Of a stretch of 64,000 nucleotides of DNA, positions 1 to 13,979 are shown in pieces. The position numbers and the translations under genes are program-made. The stretch comes from Octopus vulgaris (lineage: Eukaryota). Each line of letters begins with the position of its first letter. The first letter of the stretch is position 1. The DNA is taken from contig OX597826.1 in the NCBI GenBank assembly GCA_951406725.2, positions 19,654,001-19,718,000 on the forward strand, given 5' to 3'. A model generated the notes under the pieces. The model saw only the letters and a list, made by a program, of their open reading frames with translations, was not told the origin of the DNA and did no database searches.

Positions 1-83
1 TGTGTATATATATATATATGTATATATATATGTGTGTGTATATATATGTGTGTAGATACGTATACATATGTGTATAGGTATAA

Positions 84-540
84 GTGAGAATCTCCTTATT
101 TACCTATAACTCTATCCCCCCTTTTTTTTTTATATATATATATTTTTTTTTTTATATATATATATTTTTTATATATATTTTTTATTTTTTTATTTTTTTA
201 TTTTTTTATTTTTTTATTTTATTATTTTATTATTTTTTTATTTATTTTTTTATTTATCTATTCTTTCATCTAACTTACCACTGACTCCTTGACCACTCCC
301 CCAAGTATGATATTTTGCGCTATGCCTACCCCCAAAAAAGTCCCCCACCACCACTCCTTTAAACCTGCCTAAATGTATAAATGCTAATACAATTCTTGTT
401 AAATAGCTTCCTGAAGATTTCTCTTGAATGAAACAGTACTAGTCCTGTAGAAGCTCCTTCTATATAATAAATTAATTTTACTCTGCTATGTATTGAGTAC
501 CTTACTTACTGTGGTTAACCCCGAATCAACCCGGGACCTA
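84..540 (+). mobile_element. 3' end of a Penelope-like element (T-rich 3' UTR, hammerhead, end abutting (TA)n)
   Basis: T-rich tract, HHR at 405-455, then a short tail ending in a TA array; same layout as other PLE ends in the window. No ORF remains. Confidence 0.5.
405..455 (+). ncRNA. Type-I minimal hammerhead ribozyme
   Basis: agcttc CTGAAGA t-ttc-tctt-gaa-t GAAA cag-tactagtc-ctg TA gaagct. Stem I agcttc/gaagct, complete core, GUA cleavage triplet, palindromic ACTAGT in loop III. First stem II pair is a U-U mismatch. Confidence 0.8.
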
Positions 541-1739
<1,199 letters not shown>

Positions 1740-1937
1740 TACAAAATTAGAGAATGGAGAAACATACTTAAATCAGTAAAACATCAACTATCCGATGATA
1801 CTCAATCCATACTTTAATACACCATTACATATGAGTAAAGGCAATATATAAAATGAAATGAGATATACAGTAATAGTAAAAGTAAAAAGATAAAGAGATA
1901 TAAGTAAAAAATTTCAAATATAATATGCAAATAAATC

Positions 1938-2053
1938 AAAACTGACAGCTGTTTCGGCAGTGAGGACAGTCATACCTCATTTAACCTATAAGCCATAAAG
2001 GCAGGTATAAATGAGGCATTAACAAGGATGCCCCACGGCCTCTTCAGAGAATT
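1938..2053 (-). ncRNA. Type-I hammerhead ribozyme with 85-nt extended stem II (PLE copy 1)
   Basis: Reverse strand: aattct CTGAAGA ggccgtggggca...atgcctcattta...taaatgaggtat...tgtcctcactgcc GAAA cagctg TC agtttt. Core complete, palindromic stem III CAGCTG, GUC triplet. Stem I is weak. Confidence 0.8.
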
Positions 2054-2398
2054 AAATTAAATTTGTTATAATAGTGAAAAATATTATATAATCATATACA
2101 TATAAATATAAAAATATAAAAATGTAAAATATAAAAACTTATACATCATAATGCTACACTTATATAATATAATACACATTTGTACAAAAAGGAAGGTAAA
2201 CAGAACAAAATAAAACAAAATATATAACAGTGTATATATTAATATTAATAAGTACCGATATTATACATATTTGGCTAATAGTTTTTTTTATAAAAAAAAA
2301 AAAAAAAAGGGCTAACACATATGGAGATGAAAAATAATAATTAAATCCGTGGTACAGTTCATAAAATTCTAAAGCTATAAAAGTTAATAAAAATTACT

Positions 2399-2442
<44 letters not shown>

Positions 2443-4211
2443 TAATAATAATAAAAAAATACTAAAAATAGATACAGTTAAGTTAGCACCAAGTCCATCC
2501 TTTCAAGATCGAAATAACTATGAGTTAAGAAATGCTGACCACTAGGTAAAGAAAATTTAGATTAATTCGATTGGCTATTGGTTTGAAATTTAAATCACAA
2601 AAGAAAATTATACGGTTGGTTAGTCAAGGAACGCCAATATTCACACACGCATCTACAGATCAATCGCACATACACACATAGTTATATGTATATACATACA
2701 CTTATACACATACACAATCACAAGCAACAACTAGCACTTAGATAAACAAAAAAGGGAAGCAACTATGCTAACATTTAGTCCTTCAAAATTATAACTGAGC
2801 CTCAATAACAAAAAAAGAACCATCCATGCATTCTATAAAATATTTAATTTAGATATAAATATATTTATAAATATCAGTATGTTACTAATTCAGATAATTA
2901 TTTCATGGGTAACTTAAAATTTATAACACCGGTTTGTTACAGAGTAAACATACGGTTGTTAGGTTTATCGTAAGTTTGTTATGATTTTAAGTACGCTAAA
3001 TTATAAAATATAAAATATAAAATATATATTAATTTAAATATTATAAATAAGTCACTTATTAACTTAATAAATATAGTGCCATAATATACCAGTTTAGGCA
3101 TTAAAGAATAGAAGGGGAAGTATTAATGTAAACGCTTATGAGAACATCACAGAAATTTTAAATAAATTTTATATTATAAAGACTTAAGATGCAAAGAGAT
3201 AAAATAAATAAAAAGGAAGTAAAAAGGAATAAATACGAAGGAATAAATACGGTTATACACATAATTATAAGTACAAACTAGTATATATGTATTCATATAT
3301 TATTAAAATTAAATAAAAATAAATGATAGATATGTATGTATAAAACTACACCAGTATAAGTAAATAAGTAAAAAATAAATAGGTAACAAATTAGATGACT
3401 TGATATGTATGTAAACATCTACACTTAAATAGGCAAATAAATAAATGAATAGAAGACTAGATGCAAAGATTGATAATATTACAATAAAATGGGAAATAAA
3501 TAAAAATAAATAAAGTGAATATATATATTTTATATTGTTGAAAGTAAATATGTATGGAAGGATAGTTTAAAGTACAGATCCAGAGGACTATAGATATAAA
3601 CTAAATATATGAGGCTGGTAATAATTATAAAGCAAAATGCATGTAAATGAGAAAATGAAAAAAAAAAAAAAAAAAAAAAAAATGAAAAAGGTTTATCAGT
3701 GAATAGCATAAGATACAAATTAAGGTGAGTACAAAAAGACCAAATATATAATAAAAACCTTCCAAATAAACACATACAAAAAAAAAAAAAAAAAAAAAAA
3801 CCTATAATCTCAACCTAAACCCACCAAACTCACAAAAGGCTCTCATATATTACATATTATACAATATCATTACATTATCTAGAGCTAGGTATCTAACCAA
3901 GATATACATATATACTATGCAATATACTATGCAATATTGGAAAACTTCAAAAATCACACATTACAAGGCAAATACCAAAATGAATATGTTATTTTATGTC
4001 ATATTGCATTTCTCTTAAAAAAACAAACAAAAACCCACATACAAAAACCAAGAAACCAATAATACTAGACACATCCATTAATTATTATACAAATGTAGCT
4101 ATAAAAATTATAAAATTATGAAATTTATAAATTGTATACTTTAGAATTATAGAAGACCACAGGTATATTTAGTTAAAGAAGGGAATTAAAAAATTAATAA
4201 TAGTGGAAGTG

Positions 4212-7059
4212 CTAAGTTCTATTTGAATCTAGAAAGGTGAACGGTAGCCTATGAATACAAAAGAAGTTTTTCTCATTAATGTTGTTAATAATTTGCCGAC
4301 CCGCTTTAATAATGAAGAAAATTTCATTAATACATAGAGAGCATTTTTTATTTTTTCCATTATACACAGGTGCTGAAGTTAGTATTTTCCAGTTTAATCT
4401 AAAATCTAAGTTCTTACTTTTAAGTTCCCAAATGTATGCACTTAGCCCTGTAGAGTACATTCTATTTTTATTCCTAAAAGTATATCTGTGATAATTCCAT
4501 CTTTGTTTTATGCTATTCATAGTTGCCCCGATATACACCCTACTACTCAATTGTGTATCTACAGTGCATTGGTAAACTACCTCCTTCCTGAGGCATTGAT
4601 TACCAAATACACATTTATTTTTATTTCTACAATTACAAAGATTAACAGAATGAGGAAATCTAAGATTGGACACCACCCCTATACTACTATTCACATTATA
4701 AGTGTTACAATTGTTATCATCATCCAAACCCAAAATCAACGAATGAGTTAATTTCACATTATCGGCTATATTCCTATCATTAGTACTAGTATTGGTAGTA
4801 GTAGTATGATCCATTACATTTATATTATCTCTGACAGGTATGGTGCACTCATTATTAGTAAGGAGGTTGTTCCCATTAGTTCCAAGAAAATTTCTATTCC
4901 TATTATTAATGAAGAGGGGCAAGTTTTCCTGGTCTAAATTCAAATTTTCTATCCTTATAGAAGTGATCCAGTTTCTTGTTATTAAAAGAGGAGATAATGG
5001 TGGCTAGATTATGAGTAATGCTATATCCCACTCTAACAGTACCGTTGTTAATTAAAGGACTAAATTTATTCCTATCCTTACCAAAATGCCTAAAAATAAC
5101 ATTATGCAAAGCTCTCACTATGTTTGTTTTAATCTGCATTGCATACGGGATAATCAACCAAAGAGTATCCTTATCAGAATTAGGATTGCCTATAGTGTTA
5201 ATGTTATTTGTAAAAATCCTATTCGTAGACCAACTCATAGGATTACTATTCTTACCACTGTTATTATTATATCTATCTGTATCATTATTACCATGGTTAT
5301 TGCGCAAGTAAACTTTACCAATATCATGTCTACCATAAGTTTTAATTCGTATATTATTATTAATATTACTACTATTACCCGTATGCTTAGATCTATTTGA
5401 GCTACCGTTCACCTTTCCAAGGTTAACGTCACTTCTACATTTATTATAGGTGTTATCATATATTCTATTTTTACTATTCTTATGTATATTGTTGATTATC
5501 CTAAATCTATTTGTGTTGTTCCAGATAGTTCTACCTACATTAGGGGTTCCCCTTAGGTATAAACCAAATCTTACTTTTATATCCTGCCTTAAGTAATGCT
5601 GCATTATATCTATCACAGTGTTTGTTAAAAATTTCCTCGTTTGAGGATAAACTAGAAATTCTCTGACTAATGCTACGCACTAGTGCATTTTTAATTTGAG
5701 GGGGTGATTACTAGAACGGTTAATGTATATTAGGTTAGAATTAGGTTTAATATAGGGTTCATGTAAACCATTAGTAATGTTACAATTAACATCTAAATAA
5801 TTAGCAGAATAATTTTCACTTTCAATGATAATGGATAGGCCGAAGCTTTTAAAAAATTTATTTATTCTTTTTTTCAGAAGATCTAATCTCCTATTTGATG
5901 TATTCCTAACACAAAATAAGGCGTCATCCCTGTATAATCCACCTTTTAATTCAGGGAATTCCCTACTAAAGTTATCTAATAGATACATCCCAACTAGATC
6001 AGTCACCTCCGCTGAGTCCGGCGATCCCATTGTGATATCGAACAAGTTGGGTGTGTCCTTTCTAGCCCAAAGTTTATTATCAAACTCTATTAAAGTTTTC
6101 CTGGCTGTTAGTATAACCTTAATCTCCCCCATACTTAATTTAGTGTGTTTTCTAGCAAAAATTAAGGACTTATTTAATATAATAGGGTTAATTGAAGTGT
6201 AATAATTCTGTATATCGAATTGTATAAATTTATTTCTATTATAGCTAAAGTTGTTACTGTCACAGACCTTAATGGTAGAAAACCAATCCAAAGCACCCTG
6301 AGTATTCTTCCAAAGGTTTAGTTTGATTTTATTGCGGATGGTGGGTAGATATTTATCTAGAATGAGTTTACTTAGTCTGCCTAAGTCAGATTTAGTGGGG
6401 CAAATTAATCTGACCTGTGTGTTTCCAAGAAAATTCTCTTTATGATCCTTTAGTGTAATTCTCGGTCTGGATGGGGTGTAGGGTTCCGTTTTTTCTTCTA
6501 GGTAGTAGTCAAATATGATTTCTCTGATCTCCAGGTTCAGTTTTCTAAGTGTACTAGAAGGTACTACTTTGTATTTCTTGGTTATTTCCTTGTGTAGAAG
6601 ATCATGATATGCAGTAATGTCAATGTTGTAGATGTTGTTGGTTTTGTCAGAATGTGTTAGAATGCCGCTCTTACCTTTGAGAGTTCTAATTAAGTCTTTC
6701 AATTCTCTTTGGTGCGGGTTATATCTTAAAGGATGATTTCTAAATTTTATGTTTTTTACAGTCTCCCATAGTTCTTGTTCAAAATTGTCTAGATGTATAT
6801 TTGGTGGAGGAGACTTTCTAGATTTAAATGTAGTGCCTGTTAGTTTTAATATTTCTTCATAGGTGCTTCCAATTCCATTACGGATCGTTTCCCCAGTGTG
6901 TTGTTGGTTTATTTTATTATTATAGTTCTCATGGTGGAAAATCCTCCATCTGATCCTATGGATGAATTCATTCATTCTATAAATTAGTTCTTTAGTGTAA
7001 TGGTCTTTGGTAGGGATAGGTACATCCTTCATTGATGAATTGATCAGTATTTTCTCCAT
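4212..7059 (-). CDS. PLE polyprotein: reverse transcriptase, Asn-rich linker and GIY-YIG endonuclease (about 950 aa after correcting 3 homopolymer frameshifts)
   Basis: RT motifs [42 protein letters not shown] and thumb [21 protein letters not shown]: CNCRNKNKCVFGNQCL, VVYQC...VYIGAT, QRWNYH, LSAYIWELK, KCSLCINE, FCIH. Frameshifts at about 5700, 5545 and 4940. Confidence 0.9.
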
Positions 7060-7571
7060 TCTTCTAGCAGTAATGATCAAAGGAACAAATATACTACACT
7101 AGGGTGTATTCACATGCACTATTAATATTTAAATCAATAAATGGATGCTTATATTACACCAGTATGAGCAATTCAGGTTCCTCAAAAGATAAATTTAGGT
7201 TATAAAATGAGATAGGGGTTGAAAATTCAACCCACCATGGGATAATATATATCCAATATACTGCTAGATAGGTACCCAACAAAATTAATACATAGATGTT
7301 AAAAATTGTCAAGCAATCAGTTCATCTATTGTATTAAATGGGTAAAGGTAATAATATTACCGTAAATTAATACTACAAAATTAGAGAATGGAGAAACATA
7401 CTTAAATCAGTAAAACATCAACTATCCGATGATACTCAATCCATACTTTAATACACCATTACATATGAGTAAAGGCAATATATAAAATGAAATGAGATAT
7501 ACAGTAATAGTAAAAGTAAAAAGATAAAGAGATATAAGTAAAAAATTTCAAATATAATATGCAAATAAATC

Positions 7572-7687
7572 AAAACTGACAGCTGTTTCGGCAGTGAGGA
7601 CAGTCATACCTCATTTAACCTATAAGCCATAAAGGCAGGTATAAATGAGGCATTAACAAGGATGCCCCACGGCCTCTTCAGAGAATT
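7572..7687 (-). ncRNA. Type-I hammerhead ribozyme with extended stem II (PLE copy 2)
   Basis: Same sequence as 1938-2053, offset by 5634 nt. Confidence 0.8.
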
Positions 7688-8030
7688 AAATTAAATTTGT
7701 TATAATAGTGAAAAATATTATATAATCATATACATATAAATATAAAAATATAAAAATGTAAAATATAAAAACTTATACATCATAATGCTACACTTATATA
7801 ATATAATACACATTTGTACAAAAAGGAAGGTAAACAGAACAAAATAAAACAAAATATATAACAGTGTATATATTAATATTAATAAGTACCGATATTATAC
7901 ATATTTGGCTAATAGTTTTTTTTATAAAAAAAAAAAAAAAGGGCTAACACATATGGAGATGAAAAATAATAATTAAATCCGTGGTACAGTTCATAAAATT
8001 CTAAAGCTATAAAAGTTAATAAAAATTACT

Positions 8031-8074
<44 letters not shown>

Positions 8075-9394
8075 TAATAATAATAAAAAAATACTAAAAA
8101 TAGATACAGTTAAGTTAGCACCAAGTCCATCCTTTCAAGATCGAAATAACTATGAGTTAAGAAATGCTGACCACTAGGTAAAGAAAATTTAGATTAATTC
8201 GATTGGCTATTGGTTTGAAATTTAAATCACAAAAGAAAATTATACGGTTGGTTAGTCAAGGAACGCCAATATTCACACACGCATCTACAGATCAATCGCA
8301 CATACACACATAGTTATATGTATATACATACACTTATACACATACACAATCACAAGCAACAACTAGCACTTAGATAAACAAAAAAGGGAAGCAACTATGC
8401 TAACATTTAGTCCTTCAAAATTATAACTGAGCCTCAATAACAAAAAAAGAGCCATCCATGCATTCTATAAAATATTTAATTTAGATATAAATATATTTAT
8501 AAATATCAGTATGTTACTAATTCAGATAATTATTTCATGGGTAACTTAAAATTTATAACACCGGTTTGTTACAGAGTAAACATACGGTTGTTAGGTTTAT
8601 CGTAAGTTTGTTATGATTTTAAGTACGCTAAATTATAAAATATAAAATATAAAATATATATTAATTTAAATATTATAAATAAGTCACTTATTAACTTAAT
8701 AAATATAGTGCCATAATATACCAGTTTAGGCATTAAAGAATAGAAGGGGAAGTATTAATGTAAACGCTTATGAGAACATCACAGAAATTTTAAATAAATT
8801 TTATATTATAAAGACTTAAGATGAAAAGAGATAAAAAAATAAATAAAAAGGAATAAATACGAAGGAATAAATACGGTTATACACATAATTATAAGTACAA
8901 ACTAGTATATATGTATTCATATATTATTAAAATTAAATAAAAATAAATGATAGATATGTATGTATAAAACTACACCAGTATAAGTAAATAAGTAAAAAAT
9001 AAATAGGTAACAAATTAGATGACTTGATATGTATGTAAACATCTACACTTAAATAGGCAAATAAATAAATGAATAGAAGACTAGATGCAAAGATTGATAA
9101 TATTACAATAAAATGGGAAATAAATAAAAATAAATAAAGTGAATATATATATTTTATATTGTTGAAAGTAAATATGTATGGAAGGATAGTTTAAAGTACA
9201 GATCCAGAGGACTATAGATATAAACTAAATATATGAGGCTGGTAATAATTATAAAGCAGAATGCATGTAAATGAGAAAATGAAAAAAAAAAAAAAAAAAA
9301 TGAAAAAGGTTTATCAGTGAATAGCATAAGATACAAATTAAGGTGAGTACAAAAAGACCAAATATATAATAAAAACCTTCCAAATAAACACATA

Positions 9395-9428
<34 letters not shown>

Positions 9429-9837
9429 ATAATCTCAACCTAAACCCACCAAACTCACAAAAGGCTCTCATATATTACATATTATACAATATCATTACAT
9501 TATATAGAGCTAGGTATCTAACCAAGATATACATATATACTATGCAATATACTATGCAATATTGGAAAACTTCAAAAATCACACATTACAAGGCAAATAC
9601 CAAAATGAATATGTTATTTTATGTCATATTGCATTTCTCTTAAAAAAACAAACAAAAACCCACATACAAAAACCAAGAAACCAATAATACTAGACACATC
9701 CATTAATTATTATACAAATGTAGCTATAAAAATTATAAAATTATGAAATTTATAAATTGTATACTTTAGAATTATAGAAGACCACAGGTATATTTAGTTA
9801 AAGAAGGGAATTAAAAAAATTAATAATAGTGGAAGTG

Positions 9838-11615
9838 CTAAGTTCTATTTGAATCTAGAAAAGGTGAACGGTAGCCTATGGATACAAAAGAAGTTTTTCT
9901 CATTAATGTTGTTAATAATTTGCCGACCCGCTTTAATAATGAAGAAAATTTCATTAATACATAGAGAGCATTTTTATTTTTTCCATTATACACAGGTGCT
10001 GAAGTTAGTATTTTCCAGTTTAATCTAAAATCTAAGTTCTTACTTTTAAGTTCCCAAATGTATGCACTTAGCCCTGTAGAGTACATTCTATTTTTATTCC
10101 TAAAAGTATATCTGTGATAATTCCATCTTTGTTTTATGCTATTCATAGTTGCCCCGATATACACCCTACTACTCAATTGTGTATCTACAGTGCATTGGTA
10201 AACTACCTCCTTCCTGAGGCATTGATTACCAAATACACATTTATTTTTATTTCTGCAATTACAAAGATTAACAGAATGAGGAAATCTAAGATTGGACACC
10301 ACCCCTATACTACTATTCACATTATAAGTGTTACAATTGTTATCATCATCCAAACCCAAAATCAACGAATGAGTTAATTTCACATTATCGGCTATATTCC
10401 TATCACTAGTACTAGTATTGGTAGTAGTAGTATGATCCATTACATTTATATTATCTCTGACAGGTATGGTGCACTCATTATTAGTAAGGAGGTTGTTCCC
10501 ATTAGTTCCAAGAAAATTTCTATTCCTATTATTAATGAAGAGGGGCAAGTTTTCCTGGTCTAAATTCAATTTTCTATCCTTATAGAAGTGATCCAGTTTC
10601 TTGTTATTAAAAGAGGAGATAATGGTGGCTAGATTATGAGTAATGCTATATCCCACTCTAACAGTATCGTTGTTAATTAAAGGACTAAATTTATTCCTAT
10701 CCTTACCAAAATGCCTAAAAATAACATTATGCAAAGCTCTCACTATGTTTGTTTTAATCTGCATTGCATACGGGATAATCAACCAAAGAGTATCCTTATC
10801 AGAATTAGGATTGCCTATAGTATTAATGTTATTTGTAAAAATCCTATTCGTAGACCAACTCATAGGATTACTATTCTTACCACTGTTATTATTATATCTA
10901 TCTGTATCATTATTACCATGGTTATTGCGCAAGTAAACTTTACCAATATCATGTCTACCATAAGTTTTAATTCGTATATTATTATTAATATTACTACTAT
11001 TACCCGTATGCTTAGATCTATTTGAGCTACCGTTCACCTTTCCAAGGTTAACGTCACTTCTACATTTATTATAGGTGTTATCATATATTCTATTTTTACT
11101 ATTCTTATGTATATTGTTGATTATCCTAAATCTATTTGTGTTGTTCCTGATAGTTCTACCTACATTAGGGGGGTTCCCCTTAGGTATAAACCAAATCTTA
11201 CTTTTATATCCTGCCTTAAGTAATGCTGCATTATATCTATCACAGTGTTTGTTAAAAATTTCCTCGTTTGAGGATAAACTAGAAATTCTCTGACTAATGC
11301 TACGCACTAGTGCATTTTTAATTTGAGGGGGTGATTACTAGAACGGTTAATGTATATTAGGTTAGAATTAGGTTTAATATAGGGTTCATGTAAACCATTA
11401 GTAATGTTACAATTAACATCTAAATAATTAGCAGAATAATTTTCACTTTCAATGATAATGGATAGGCCGAAGCTTTTAAAAAATTTATTTATTCTTTTTT
11501 TCAGAAGATCTAATCTCCTATTTGATGTATTCCTAACACAAAATAAGGCGTCATCCCTGTATAATCCACCTTTTAATTCAGGGAATTCCCTACTAAAGTT
11601 ATCTAATAGATACAT
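9838..11615 (-). pseudogene. 5'-truncated second copy of the PLE ORF (RT C-terminal part, linker, GIY-YIG)
   Basis: ORFs 11307-11615 and 9838-11307 are near-identical to copy 1 but carry different homopolymer frameshifts. Confidence 0.9.
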
Positions 11616-11991
11616 AATCTAGCCACCATTATCTCCTCTTTTAATAACAAGAAACTGGATCACTTCTATAAGGATAGAAAATTGAATTTAGACCAGGAAA
11701 ACTTGCCCCTCTTCATTAATAATAGGAATAGAAATTTTCTTGGAACTAATGGGAACAACCTCCTTACTAATAATGAGTGCACCATACCTGTCAGAGATTT
11801 ATATTATCTCTGACAGGTATGGTGCACTCATTATTAGTAAGGAGGTTGTTCCCATTAGTTCCAAGAAAATTTCTATTCCTATTATTAATGAAGAGGGGCA
11901 AGTTTTCCTGGTCTAAATTCAATTTTCTATCCTTATAGAAGTGATCCAGTTTCTTGTTATTAAAAGAGGAGATAATGGTGGCTAGATTATG
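11613..11991. repeat. Foldback palindrome within the PLE, arms about 186 bp, 7-nt loop
   Basis: 11613-11798 is the reverse complement of 11806-11991; loop ttatatt at 11799-11805. Confidence 0.9.
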
Positions 11992-12943
11992 AGTAATGCT
12001 ATATCCCACTCTAACAGTATCGTTGTTAATTAAAGGACTAAATTTATTCCTATCCTTACCAAAATGCCTAAAAATAACATTATGCAAAGCTCTCACTATG
12101 TTTGTTTTAATCTGCATTGCATACGGGATAATCAACCAAAGAGTATCCTTATCAGAATTAGGATTGCCTATAGTATTAATGTTATTTGTAAAAATCCTAT
12201 TCGTAGACCAACTCATAGGATTACTATTCTTACCACTGTTATTATTATATCTATCTGTATCATTATTACCATGGTTATTGCGCAAGTAAACTTTACCAAT
12301 ATCATGTCTACCATAAGTTTTAATTCGTATATTATTATTAATATTACTACTATTACCCGTATGCTTAGATCTATTTGAGCTACCGTTCACCTTTCCAAGG
12401 TTAACGTCACTTCTACATTTATTATAGGTGTTATCATATATTCTATTTTTACTATTCTTATGTATATTGTTGATTATCCTAAATCTATTTGTGTTGTTCC
12501 TGATAGTTCTACCTACATTAGGGGGTTCCCCTTAGGTATAAACCAAATCTTACTTTTATATCCTGCCTTAAGTAATGCTGCATTATATCTATCACAGTGT
12601 TTGTTAAAAATTTCCTCGTTTGAGGATAAACTAGAAATTCTCTGACTAATGCTACGCACTAGTGCATTTTTAATTTGAGGGGGGTGATTACTAGAACGGT
12701 TAATGTATATTAGGTTAGAATTAGGTTTAATATAGGGTTCATGTAAACCATTAGTAATGTTACAATTAACATCTAAATAATTAGCAGAATAATTTTCACT
12801 TTCAATGATAATGGATAGGCCGAAGCTTTTAAAAAATTTATTTATTCTTTTTTTCAGAAGATCTAATCTCCTATTTGATGTATTCCTAACACAAAATAAG
12901 GCGTCATCCCTGTATAATCCACCTTTTAATTCAGGGAATTCCC

Positions 12944-13725
<782 letters not shown>

Positions 13726-13979
13726 ATATGAATATATATATATATATACTGGAAGGTTTGGAGATGATGTACAGGTATTATATATTAGAAGAAATGAGGT
13801 AATTAGAAGATCGGATGGTTTATATTTACAGATATTTATTTATATATTACATTTTTTACATATATATCATATCACTTAGATCATTAGCGCTTTCTCCCAT
13901 TCTAGTGGGGTTTTCAAAACAAAATAAGTTCCTTTGTGGGGAATTTTAATCATTTTATAGAGTTTCGTAGTGGTGGGGA

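Noticed and set aside
4279-6202. Hydrophobic plus-strand ORFs overlapping the PLE
   Set aside because: Antisense shadows of the Asn-rich PLE ORF with no independent motifs.
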